Of a DNA stretch of 64,000 nucleotides, positions 27,501 through 37,171 are shown in pieces. The DNA lies in assembly GCF_963921235.1 (NCBI RefSeq), contig NC_086100.1, forward strand, positions 201,130,001 to 201,194,000, in the 5' to 3' direction. The stretch's first letter is position 1. Every line of letters begins with the position of its first letter. The notes beneath the pieces were generated by a model, which was given only the letters and a program-made list of their open reading frames with translations, made no database searches and was not told where the DNA came from. A program made the translations under genes and the position numbers. Source of the stretch: Mobula hypostoma (lineage: Eukaryota).

Positions 27501-30500
27501 TATGTAGAGTGCAGGTTGAAAGGTTCTTGATTAGTCAATGGGTGGAGTTGAGGAAAGATAAATTCACTTGTCTGTGGGATGGTTTCACCAGAGCTGGGGA
27601 CAGGGAGGGCCATTGCCTAGAGCACAGCATTTACTATGCTCAATGGGACGAGTAATCTCCATCACCGGTGACTGAAACTTTTCTTTCTCAGGACTTCGGA
27701 GAACACCTTTGTATTTGTGTCTGACTCTCAGAGCGTTCACCAACACAGGTACCATGTCAAACTCTCTCATATCTATCTCTCCCGTCCGCCCCGCCGGTCT
27801 CCAGACTCTCCCGTCCGCCCCGCCGGTCTCTGCATTCAGCTGATCACCTTGGCGATTGCCTCCAGTTCCAGCATAATTCCACCATGGACTCCCATTCCCC
27901 TCAGACCCTCGAATCCCTCCCCACATTGATCTTGCGTGCTGGCCAACAGCTGCCATATCTGTCATTTGAATTGAATTGATTTTATTTCATATACATGGGG
28001 AGTAAAAATCTTTATGTTACGTTTCCATCTATATGTACAAAGTGCAATCATAGTAACTTATAATAAATAGAACAGTCAATGTAACATAGAAATGCACTCA
28101 AATCAGCATGAGTTAATCAGTCTGATGGCCTGGTGGAAGAATTGTCCCGGAACCCATTGGTTCTGGCTTTTATGCTGTGGTGCCGTTTCCCGGATGGTAG
28201 CAGCTGGAATAGATTGTGGTTGGGGTGATTCGGGCTCCCAATGATCCTTCAGGCCCTTTTTACACACCTGTCCTTGTAAATGTCCTGAGTCATGGGAAAT
28301 TCACATCTACAGATGCGCTGGGCTGTCCGCACCACTCTCAGCAGAGTCCTGCGATTGAGGGAAGTACAGTTCCCATACCAGGTGGTGATGCAGCCAGTCA
28401 GGATGCTCTCAATTGTGCCCCTGTAGAAAGTTCTCAGGATTTGGGGGCCCATACCAACTTCCTCAGTGGTTAGAGGTGAAAGAGGTGCTGTTGTGTGTTT
28501 TTCACCACACAGCTGGTGTGTACAGACGACGTGAGATCCTCGGTGATGTGGATGCCGAGGAACTTAAAGCTCTTTACCCTCTCAACCCCAGATCCATTGA
28601 TGTCAATAGGGGTTAGCCCATCTCCATTCCTCCTGTAGTCCACAACCAGCTCCTTTGTTTTTGCAACATTGAGGGAGAGGTTGTTTTCTTGACACCACTA
28701 TGTCAAAGAGATGACTTCTTCCCTGTAGGCCATCTCGTTATTGTTTGAGACCAGGCCAATCAATGTAGTGTCATCAGCAAATTTAATTAGCAGATTGGAG
28801 CTGTGGATGGTGATACAGTCATGGGTATACAGGGAGTAAAGGAGGGGTCTTAGTACACAGTCCTGAGGGGCTCCTGTGTTGAGAGTCAGAGGGGTGGGGG
28901 TGAGGGAGCCCACTCTTACCACCTGCTGACGATCTGACGGGAAGTCCAGGATCCAGCTACCCAAGGCAGGGTTAGGGCTGAGGTCTCTGAGCTTCTTGTC
29001 AAGCATGGAGGAAACTATAGTGTTGAATGCTGAACTGTAGTCGAAGCACAGCATTCTCGCATAGGGATCCTCCTACTCCAGATGTGTAAGGACGGCATGT
29101 AGAGCTGGGGCTATTGCATCATCTGTCGATCGGTTGAGTTGGTAGGTGAATTGTAGGGGGTCCAGTTTGGGTGGTAGCAAGCTGCAGATGTGATCCTTGA
29201 CTAGCTTCTCAAAGCATTTGCTTATTATTCATTTTCAATCTTTTTATTAATTTTTTAAAAAGTACATATATACAAATGAGAGGAGAATTATCCCACATAT
29301 CTATATCAATAACAATACATATAAAAGGTAAAATAAACATTATCAAGATCATACATAGTATTAATCTAAAAAAGAAAAAAAGGGGACTGGGCAGCCCATA
29401 CTGAGAGTAAAAGCAAGAAGAAAGAGAAACTCTGATCAAATCCAAAGTTTCGAGAAAGTAACAGGAAGAGCAATAAATCAAACCATATGAAGATATTGAA
29501 TAAAATGTCGCCAGGTTTCTTCAAATTTAAAGAATGTATCAAATGTCTGACTACTTATTTTCTCTAAACTTAGGACATAATGGTGGAAAGCCAATAAAAA
29601 ACAGTAGGTGGATTAGAATCCTTCCATTTAGGCAAAATGGCTCTCCTAGCCAATAAAGTTGTAAAAGCCATCATCCATTGAGTGGAAACAGGAATATATC
29701 CTGCTTCCGGTGGAATGATCCCAAAAATTGCTGTAAATAAATTCGATTGTAGGTCCAAATTCAAGACTTTTGCTTATTATTAAGCTGCGTTCGACAGGAC
29801 GCCAGTCGTTCAGGCGTGTTACCTCGGTCTTTATTGGTACAGGGACAATGGTGGATAATTTGAAGCAGGAGGACACTTTACACTGGGAGAGGGAGAGATT
29901 AAAAATGTCAGTAAACACCCGTCACATTCCAAGTACTCGCCCTGGGATGCTGTCCGGTACCGCAGCCACTGTCGCAATGACTGTCCACTCGTTGGAAACA
30001 TCTGCGTACCTCAGCTCAGAGATGACCAGGTTGCAGGTTGTAGCGGTGGCTTTCCTCGGAGGCTCATAGCTAGCGACATTGAACCCCTCACCTTACCACT
30101 CAGGAGTTGTAGTAGCTGTCCTGCCACCAACCAGATGCACGAAGCATCTCTCTCGGTGAAGCAGTGACTTCATTGAATCTGGCGATCACTCTGTTGTCTC
30201 TACACTGGAGAAACCAAACGAGACGGTCACTCCACAGAAGGTATCACCTCAGTAGAGGAGCTGGATAGCAAACTCGACCTGTAAAGAGAACTTGTCACAC
30301 CACGAACAAAACCAAGCCCCGACAACCCAGAGATCGAAAAGCAAATGAGTGAAAACCTGGCAGATGATGTAAACACAATCTCTCAGAGTTGTCTTCATCC
30401 CGGGACCTTGTACCTGGACTGGAAAAATGAACGAGGCAGCCCGCTTTTGAACAGAGAGAGAGGGAATACAGGAATATGGACCAATTCACCAAATAAGTCG

Positions 30501-31845
30501 TTAGGAATCTATCATCATCGAGTCGTACAGCATGGGAACGGGCCCTTCAGTCCATCAATGACAACCACGATCCCCATCTAAACTATGCCATGTGCCTGCA
30601 TTTGCCACATTCCTCTCTGATTCATGTACCTGTCCAAATGTCTTTTAACTGTTGTATGTGCCTTTGGCAGCTCGTCCTACGTTCCCACTGCTGTCTCCTT
30701 TCAATCTGTGCCCCACACTGGGAAAACTATCTACCATTTGTAATATGATAAACCTTTGCGATCACCCCTCTGCTTTGTTGCTCCAGGGAAAACCTTCCCG
30801 GCTGATCCGATCTCTTTGTAACCCCAGACCTTCATTCCAGTCAACATCCTAGTGAATCTCTTCTCCACCTGTTGCTCCCACATGCTTCCTGTAGTGCAGT
30901 AACCAGAACTGTGCACAAAGCCCCCAGGTGTGAGCTGACAACCTGTGTTGTGCTAAGTGCTGAATTCTGCACCGTGAAGGCAGGCAAGCTGAACACCCAC
31001 CTTCACTGCCCTCTCTGCCTGTGTCTCCATTTTCAGAGCGCTAAGTACTCAAACCCCAAGGTCACTCTGTACATCAATGTCTCTAAGCTCCCTGCTGTTT
31101 ACTGTGATGTCCCAAGGAGTGCTGTTGCAAGAAAGCAACGTCAATCATCATGTCCCCCACTAGCCAGGCCATCTTCCCTTCTCACTGCTGCCGTCGGGAA
31201 AGAGGTACTGACAGTGCCAGGGTCAGGAAGAGTTACTACCCCTCAGCCATCCGGCTCTTCCACCGTAAGACAAAGGAGCAGAACCCGGCCATTCGGTCCA
31301 TCGAGTCTGCTCCACCATTTTATCATGAGTTGATCCATTCTCTCATTTAGTCCCACTGCCCCGCCTTCTCACCATAACCTTTGATGCCCTGGCTACTCAG
31401 ATACCTATCAATCTCTGCCCTGACCGGAGGGGATAACGTCACTGATTTCAGCTCGAGCTGACTCCACAACCTACAGACTCACTTTCAACAACTCGACAAC
31501 TCATGTCCTCAATATTATTTATTTATTGTATTTGACTAGTTTGTTGTCTGTTGCACATCGGTTGTTTGTCTGTGTGCGATATTTCATCCATTCTATCAAG
31601 TATCTTTGCATTTACCATGAAAACCTGAAAGAAAATGAATCTCAGTATAGTATCCGGTGATATTTATGTACTTTGAACTTTGAAAGTGCGTCACTGTCTA
31701 TGTGCTGGTATCGATCTGCTCTAAGTTAATGTTTCTGGAGAATGACACTGAACATTCAGAGGGTTTCTTGTGATTCATTCCATTTAGACCTCGCCTTGCC
31801 GGCCATGCAGGAATACAGGTTTCACCACCCACTGCCAAATTGTGA
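988..31845 (+). CDS. ADAM family metalloprotease-disintegrin (ADAM15-like; ADAM12/15/19/33 group), 3' part, spliced from 8 exons; prodomain and catalytic exons lie upstream of the window
   Basis: Manual splicing of 988-1183, 2207-2315, 11003-11195, 14098-14175, 18948-19062, 23972-24128, 27692-27748, 31788-31845 gives 963 nt in one frame. Motifs: [73 protein letters not shown], then a hydrophobic helix and KKK. Exact ortholog not resolved, so no symbol given. Confidence 0.93.
1505..2040 (+). mobile_element. Old CR1 LINE 3' fragment
   Basis: Decayed gaaaggatgcagaggaaattta...ctgtttctgtgctgta, similar to other CR1 tails in the window. Confidence 0.7.
2207..2315 (+). CDS. ADAM exon: Cys-rich domain (not in ORF track)
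   Basis: Acceptor ttccctttgatag|GT, donor AA|gtaggt; (G)[35 protein letters not shown](K); phase 1 to 2. Confidence 0.95.
2885..3395 (-). mobile_element. Old CR1 LINE 3' fragment
   Basis: Reverse CR1 tail (acatagaacaatacaac...ggccattcagcccacaatgttg) and decayed ORF2 end. Confidence 0.7.
3522..3561. repeat. (CA)n microsatellite
   Basis: About 20 uninterrupted CA units. Confidence 0.98.
3565..3666. mobile_element. Penelope-end-derived short inverted element
   Basis: caca(c)aatgctggaggaactca...tgagttcctccagcattttgtgtg inverted arms; same sequence as the Penelope 3' end at 37085-37165. Confidence 0.75.
3670..4205 (-). mobile_element. RTE-clade LINE, 5'-truncated, young
   Basis: Open frame [20 protein letters not shown]...GGQKKRYKD...[21 protein letters not shown]; 12-bp TSD tgtgttgcatat at 3658-3669 and 4206-4217. 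Confidence 0.93.
4216..8245 (-). mobile_element. Near full-length CR1 LINE (ORF1 with SGNH esterase; ORF2 endonuclease and RT), frameshifted
   Basis: ORF1 [34 protein letters not shown]2 [44 protein letters not shown]. Confidence 0.95.
8370..8690 (-). mobile_element. CR1 3' fragment
   Basis: acataagaacataagaaataggagcaggagt tail; same subfamily as 32068-33310. Confidence 0.85.
8913..9122. mobile_element. Head-to-head inverted Penelope 3'-end pair
   Basis: Left arm gctggaggaactcagcaggccaggtagcatccatggaaaa mirrors right arm ttttccatagatgctgcctggcctgctgagttccttcagc. Confidence 0.8.
9648..9843. mobile_element. Older head-to-head inverted Penelope 3'-end pair
   Basis: gcagatgctggaaatccagagc...cagtcgacgtttcg then cctgaaat...tgagttcctgtagcattttgtgtg. 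Confidence 0.7.
10405..10800. repeat. Minisatellite, about 7 units of ~50-65 bp, hairpin core with G-rich spacers
   Basis: Recurrent cctcagtgagaggtcactgaga near 10406, 10467, 10518, 10569, 10617, 10681, 10736. Confidence 0.85.
11003..11195 (+). CDS. ADAM exon: Cys-rich domain including hypervariable region
   Basis: Acceptor ctctcctgcag|G, donor AAG|gtaagt; [12 protein letters not shown]...[12 protein letters not shown]; phase 2 to 0. Confidence 0.96.
11560..12830 (+). mobile_element. CR1 LINE ORF2 3' half, decayed
   Basis: [34 protein letters not shown]. Confidence 0.9.
12831..13565 (-). mobile_element. CR1 LINE fragment nested in the tail of the preceding CR1
   Basis: [18 protein letters not shown]...SKFADDTK; the host CR1 tail resumes at about 13570. 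Confidence 0.88.
13690..13970 (-). mobile_element. Rex1/Babar-like RT fragment, old
   Basis: [16 protein letters not shown]...WCHDN. Confidence 0.7.
14098..14175 (+). CDS. ADAM exon: end of Cys-rich domain and start of EGF-like domain (not in ORF track)
   Basis: Acceptor cttttctgttcacag|GCA, donor GGG|gtatga; [26 protein letters not shown]; phase 0 to 0. Confidence 0.95.
15620..16181. mobile_element. Tc1-like non-autonomous DNA transposon (internally deleted)
   Basis: Terminal inverted repeats (TIRs) gcctataaaaagtattcac...gtgaatactttttataggc, with similarity extending about 80 bp; TA flanks at 15618-15619 and 16182-16183. Confidence 0.88.
15937..16101. mobile_element. Mariner-like MITE nested in the Tc1 element
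   Basis: About 40-bp inverted arms aggggtgattgatacgttcgtggcctgaggtagaaggaga / tctccttctaccttaggccacaaacttatcaatcacccctcgta. Confidence 0.82.
16615..17017 (+). mobile_element. RTE-associated SINE or non-autonomous element
   Basis: gagaagaatgcaatggcaaatcacttctgc...ttgccaagaacaatcc resembles the BovB/RTE-type terminal motif; ends in (taa)(tga)n. Confidence 0.6.
17020..18075 (+). mobile_element. CR1 fragments (composite)
   Basis: aaatttgcggatgacaccaag (KFADDTK), [12 protein letters not shown]1 3' UTR. Confidence 0.8.
18948..19062 (+). CDS. ADAM exon: EGF-like domain and GGSVDSGP linker
   Basis: Acceptor gttttgtttcag|ATT, donor AAG|gtataa; [38 protein letters not shown]; phase 0 to 1. Confidence 0.94.
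19335..21425 (-). mobile_element. Cluster of CR1 fragments
   Basis: Several reverse ORF2 and ORF1 remnants ([19 protein letters not shown], SKFVDDTK). Confidence 0.75.
21435..22585. repeat. Pyrimidine-rich minisatellite, ~62-bp unit, about 18 copies
   Basis: ccccaaaacctccc recurs at 21492, 21554, 21616; unit approximately ccccaaaacctcccagtcccctcactccctcatcactctgacctcccctctcctctctgctt. Confidence 0.95.
22770..23660 (+). mobile_element. CR1 3' fragment, decayed
   Basis: [17 protein letters not shown]1 tail ctgctcctatctcttatggtct. Confidence 0.85.
23972..24128 (+). CDS. ADAM exon: transmembrane helix and juxtamembrane tail
   Basis: Acceptor ctccactctgtag|CT, donor AG|gtacga; (A)[51 protein letters not shown](R); phase 1 to 2. 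Confidence 0.9.
24760..25955 (+). mobile_element. CR1 fragment with a reverse CR1 3' end inserted at about 25203-25553
   Basis: NLEYCVLFW...ERVQRKFT; the nested reverse copy matches 4216-4560. Confidence 0.8.
26067..26365 (+). mobile_element. tRNA-derived CORE-type SINE
   Basis: A box tggccaagtgg, B box gttcgagcc, CORE-like gtgtccttgagcaaggcacttaacc; TSD aaaactgt at 26059-26066 and 26366-26373. Confidence 0.88.
27692..27748 (+). CDS. ADAM exon: cytoplasmic tail (57 nt, symmetric phase 2-2)
   Basis: Acceptor ttttctttctcag|G, donor AG|gtacca; [18 protein letters not shown](R); phase matches both neighbours; no conserved motif recognised. Confidence 0.7.
27965..30300 (-). mobile_element. Rex1/Babar-clade LINE, split by an L1 insertion
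   Basis: [54 protein letters not shown]; (aattc)n tail near 27965. Confidence 0.9.
29230..29768 (-). mobile_element. L1-clade LINE 3' end
   Basis: [23 protein letters not shown]; 13-bp TSD tttgcttattatt at 29217-29229 and 29769-29781. Confidence 0.85.
31788..31845 (+). CDS. ADAM probable last coding exon (exon continues to 31857)
   Basis: Acceptor ttcattccatttag|[22 protein letters not shown]; strong donor ACG|gtgagt 12 nt after the stop. Confidence 0.6.
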
Positions 31846-32067
31846 CAGAGCCGGACGGTGAGTGAATGTACATCCCGAGCTCACGGGCCGAGATCCGTGA
31901 TTCCTGACCACAGCCTTGCGGAGACTTCAGCTTCACATCACCCCAAGCACCCACCCCCCCCAACCACCACCCCCATCCGCTGGGACGTATTGTCAGTGAC
32001 TGAGATTTCACCAGCAGACACTGAGTCCCCAGCCTCACACCACGGCTGGAGCTACTGACTGGAGCTC

Positions 32068-33310
32068 TTTGAGGATATAATGAACACAGTGGATAGGGGG
32101 GGACAGATGGACATTATTTACTTGGATTTCCAGAAGGTGTTCGATATGGTGCCACTTAAAAGACTTGTGCATAAGATAAGGGTACATAGAGTTGGGGGTG
32201 ATGTATTAGCATGGACAGAGGATTGGTTAACTAATAGAAAGCGGCGAGTTGGGACACATGGGTGTTAGTCTAGTCGGCGATCAGTGGTGAGCGGTGTGCC
32301 ACAGGGGTCAGTGCTGAGCCCACAACTGTTCACGTTATACATTAATGATCTGAAAGAGGGACCAAGTGTAGTGTATCTATGTTTGCTGATGATACTAAAT
32401 TGAGTGGAAAAGCAAATTGTGCAAAAGATAGAGAGAGTCTGCAGAGAGATATAGATAGGTAAGTGAGTGGGCACGGGTCTGACAGATGGAGTACAATGTT
32501 AGTCAATGTGAGGTCATCCACTTTGGGAGGAAAAATGAAAGAGCAGGTTATTATTTAAATGGTAACAGATTGCAGCACGCTGCTGTACAGAGGGACTTGG
32601 GCGTGCTTGTGCATGAATCACAAAAGGTTGGTTTGCAGGTGCAGCAGGTTATCAAGAAGCAAGTGGAATGTTGGCCTTTATTGCTAGAGGGATCGAATTT
32701 AAGAGCAGGACGATTATGCTCCAACTGTACAGGGTACTGGTGAGGCTGCACCTGGAGTACTGCGTGCAGTTCTGGTCTCCTTATCTGAGGAAGGATATTC
32801 TGGCTTTGGAGGTGATGCAGAGGAGGTTCACCAGGTTGATTCCAGAGATGTTGGGGTTAGACTATGAGGAGAGGTTGAGTCGCCTAGGACTGTACTCACT
32901 GGAATTCAGAAGAATGAAAGGGGATCTTAAAGAAACATGTACAATTATGAAAGGGATACTTAAGATAGAGACAGGAAAGTTGTTTCCACTGGCAGGGGAG
33001 ACGAGAACTGGGGGACATAGCCTCAAGATTTGGGGGAGTAAATTTATGATGAAGATGAGGAGGAACTGCTTTTCCCAGAGGGTGGTGAATCTGTGGAATT
33101 CTCTGCCCAATGAAGCAGTGGAGGCTACCTCAGTAAATATATTTAAGACAAGGTTGGATAGATTTTTGCACAGTAGGGGATTTAAGAGTTATGGAGAAAA
33201 GGAGGTAGGTGGAGATGAGTCCATGGCCGGATCAGCCATGATCTTGTTGAATGACGGAGCAGGCTTGACGGGCCAGATGGTGAACTCCTGCTCCTATTTC
33301 TTATGTTCTT
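32068..33310 (+). mobile_element. CR1 LINE 3' part
   Basis: [35 protein letters not shown]; tail ttcttatgttctt. Confidence 0.92.
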
Positions 33311-33729
33311 ACCCCGCTGGCCAGCTGCTGGGGAGCATCGACCCTTGTCACTCTGAGATTTCAGCAGCAGACACGGAGCCTTCAGTCTTACTCTACACCC
33401 CCCACCGCCTGGGGAGCATTGACCATTGAGACTGACTGACAGATCTCACTGGCAGACACCGAGCTCTCAGCCTCACACCACCACCCCAAACTTTGCCAGG
33501 ACTGGAGAGGAAGTGGGCAGGTTCTGTCTGACCTGCTGAGTTCCTCCAGCAATTTGGATATGTTGCTCTGGATTTCCAGCATCTAGCGATCTCGTGTTTC
33601 TGATTTGCCATATGTATTTGGATAATGTTAGCAGCAAGATGGAAAGATTTGACCACAGCAGTGGAAAGAGATTGTCTGTCTGTATACTCATTACCATTCA
33701 TACTCACTGGAACTCTCTTCTCTCAACAG

Positions 33730-34170
33730 ATTCAGACATCGACTGGACAACTACAACAGCCTATTGATTGTACAACGTCTGTGATCACAGCTTTTCACCA
33801 TGTTTAAATCCCGAAGCACGTGGGGTGGAGTTGCTGATCAGAATCAATCCCTGTTTAACTGATCACTTTCCCAGCGGGACCGGAAAGGATGGGGGAGGGG
33901 GGCCGACTGAGCAGCTGCAACTTTTCATGAAGAAGTATCGATATTTACTTAGCAATAATTACTCTGCACATTGTAAAGAATAACACACCAGGTGAATTTT
34001 GTGATTTTCTGCTGGATTATGAACACTCCTGGCAACTTCATGAACAGCTAAACTATGGCCAACAGACTCATCAAACCATAAATATGTAGGGTTAACCAGA
34101 GCAGGTGTAAATGGCGTCACTGGTTGATGCTGAACTAATTAAACTAGTGATTAAATATTCCACTAAACTA
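33730..34170 (+). other. Probable terminal (3' UTR) exon of the ADAM gene
   Basis: Acceptor ctcttctctcaacag|ATT; non-repetitive sequence; ATTAAA at 34138-34143 and 34150-34155 as candidate polyA signals. Confidence 0.5.
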
Positions 34171-36648
34171 ACCATTTCTGCCTACACAATGTCTATGTCC
34201 TCACATCCATGTGCCCATTGAAACGTCTCTTAACAGCCTCTAATGTATCTGCTTGTACCACCACCACAGGCTGGTGATTCCAGGCACCCACCTCTCCGAA
34301 AACAAAAGTGCCCTTCACATCTCCTTTGAAATTACCCCCCTCTCACCTTAAAGGCATGCCCTCTGCTATTAGTCATTTTAACCCTGTGGAAAAGATACTT
34401 GCTGTTGACTCTACCTATGCCTCTCAATCTTCTCAACCTCAATCAGATCTCCCCTCAGACCCTGCTGCTCCAGAGAAAACAACCCAAGTCTGTTGAAACC
34501 CCCATTAGAACACATGCCCTCTAATCCAGGTATGTCTCTTCTGCACCCTCTCCAAAGCCACAGTGTCCTTCCTGCAATGGGACGACCAGAACTGTACGCA
34601 ATGCAGCCTACCCAGAGTTTATAAAGCCATAAAACCATAAGATAGAGCAGCAGAGGTAGGCCATTCGGCCCATCGAGTCTGCTCCACCATTCAATCATGG
34701 CTGATCCAATTCTTCCAGTCATCCCAACTCCCCTGCCTTCTCTCCATACCCTTTGATGTCCTGGCTAATCAAGAAACTACCCATCTTTGCCTTAAATACA
34801 CCCAATGACTTGGCCTCCACAGCCGCTCATGGCAACAAATTCCACAGATTTACCACCTTTTGACGAAAATAATTTCTCCGCATGTCTGTTCTAAACTGAC
34901 ATCCTTCAATCCTGAAGTCGTACCCTCTTGTTCTAGGCTCCCCTACCATGAGAAATAACTTTGCCATTTCTAATCTGTTCAGGCCTTTTAACATTCAGAA
35001 TGTTTCTATAAGATCCCCCCCTTATTCTCCCGAACTCCAGGGAATACAGCCCAAGATCTGCCAGATGTTCCTCATACAGTAACACTTTCATTTCTGGAAT
35101 CATTCTTGTGAATCTTCTCTGAACCCTCTCCAATGTCAGTATATCCTTTCTAAAATAAGGAGCCCAAAACCGCACACAATACTCCAAGTGTGGTCTCACG
35201 AGTTCCTTATAGAGCCTCAACATCACATCCCTGCTTTATATTCTGTACCTCTAGAAATGAATGCCAACATTGTATTCCTTTTCTTCACCACCAACTCAAC
35301 CTGGAGGTTAACCTTCAGGGTATCCTGCACAAGGACTCCCAAGTCCCTTTGCATCTCTGCATTTTGAATTCTCTGTCCATCTAAATAATAGTCTGCCTGT
35401 TTATTTCTTCCACCAAAGTGCATGACCATACACTCTCCAACATTGTATTTCATTTGCCACTTCTTTGCCCATTCCCTGAAACTATCTAAGTCTCTCTGCA
35501 GGCTCTGTTTCCTCAACACTACCCACTCCTCCAGCCATCTTTGTATCATCGTCAAATTTAGCCGCAAATCCATTCATCCCATAGTCCAAATCATTGACCT
35601 ACATCGTAAAAAGCAGCGGTCCCAAAACTGATCCCTGTGGAACTCCACTGGTAACCGGCAGCCAGCCAGAATAGGATCCCATTATTCCCACTCTCTGTTA
35701 TCTGCCGACCAGCCAATGCTCCACCCATGCTAGTAACTCCCCTGTAATTCCATGGGCTCTTATCTTGCTAAGTAGCTTCATGTGCAGCAACTTGTCAAAG
35801 GTTTTCTGAAAATCCAAGTACACCACATCCACTGCATCTCCTTTGTCTACCCTGCTTGTAATTTCCTCAAAAAATTGCAGTAGGTTAGTCAGGCAGGATT
35901 TTCCTTTCAGGAAACCATGCTGGCTTTGGCCTATCTTGTCATGTGCCTCCAAGTAATCAGTAATCTCATCCTTAACTATTGATTCCAACAATTTTCCGAC
36001 CACTGATGTCAGGCTAACAGGTCTATAGTTTCCTTTCTGCTGCCTCCCACCCTTCTTAAATAGCAGAGTAACATTTGCAGTTTTCCAGTCATCGGGTACA
36101 ATGCCAGAATCTATCGATTCTTAAAAGATCATTGTTAATGCCTCTGCAATCTCTCCAGCTACTTCCTTCAGAACTTGAAGGTGCACTCCATCCGGTCTAG
36201 GAGATTTATCCACCATCAGACCATTAAGCTTCCTGAGCACCTTCTCAGTCGTAATTTTCACTGCACATACTTCACTTCCCTGACACTCTTGAATGTCCAG
36301 TATACTGCAGACATTTTCCACTGTGAAGACTGATGCAAAATACGCATTCAGTTCCTCTGCCATCCCTGCATCTCTCATTATAATATCCCCAGCGTTATTT
36401 TCTATTGGTCCTATATCTACCCTCAATTCTCTTTTACTCTTTATATAGTTAATAAAGCTTTTTGTATATTAGTTTGCCAGCTTCCTTTCATAATCCATCT
36501 TTTCCTTCCTAATGACTTTCTTAGTTTCCTTCTGCAAGTTTTAAAAGCTTCCCAATCCTTTTTCTTCCCACTAGCTTTGGCTTCCTTGTATGCCCTCTCT
36601 TTTGCTTTTAATTTGGCTCTGACTTCACTTGTCAGACACAATAGTGTC

Positions 36649-37171
36649 ACTCAGGTTGGAGGAACAACACCTTGTATTCCGTCTGGGTAGCCTCCAACCT
36701 GATGGCATGAACATCGACTTCTCTAACTTCCGCTAATGCCCCACCTCTCCCTCGTGCCCCATCTGTTACTTATTTTTATACACACATTCTTTCTCTCACT
36801 CTCCTTTTACTCCCTCTGTCCCTCTAAATATACCCCTTGCCCATCCTCTGTGTCCCCCCCCCCCACCCCCGTCTTTCTTCCCGGACCTCCTGTCCCATGA
36901 TCCTCTCGTATCCCTTTTGCCAATCACCTGTCCAGCTCTCGGCTCCATCCCTCCCCCTCCTGTCTTCTCCTATCATTTTGGATCTCCCCCTCCCCCTTCC
37001 ACTTTCAAATCTCTTACTCACTCTTCCTTCAGTTAGTCCTGACGAAGGGTCTCGGCCTGAAACGTTGACTGCACCTCTTCCTGGAGATGCTGCCTGGCCT
37101 GCTGCGCTCACCAGCAACTTTGATGTGTGTTGCTTGAATTTACAGCATCTGCAGAATTCCTGTTGTTTACG
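36649..37171 (+). mobile_element. Penelope-like retroelement 3' fragment (endonuclease C-terminus and 3' terminal region)
   Basis: RLEEQHLVFRLGSLQPDGMNIDFSNFR-TAA (stop 36734-36736); 8-bp TSD atagtgtc at 36641-36648 and 37172-37179. Confidence 0.87.
37035..37070 (+). ncRNA. Minimal type I hammerhead ribozyme motif within the Penelope element
   Basis: AGTC-CTGACGA-AGG-gtctcgg-CCT-GAAAC-GTT-GACT: stem I AGTC/GACT, core CUGANGA and GAAA, stem II AGG/CCT, palindromic ACGT stem III, NUH triplet GUU. Confidence 0.78.

Noticed and set aside
31834..31845. C-terminal AKL as a peroxisomal PTS1 signal
   Set aside because: A type I membrane protein tail would not be a PTS1 cargo, and the exon frame itself is uncertain
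988..31845. Venom metalloprotease role
   Set aside because: The gene has EGF, TM and tail exons of a normal membrane ADAM; there is no expression evidence in the sequence
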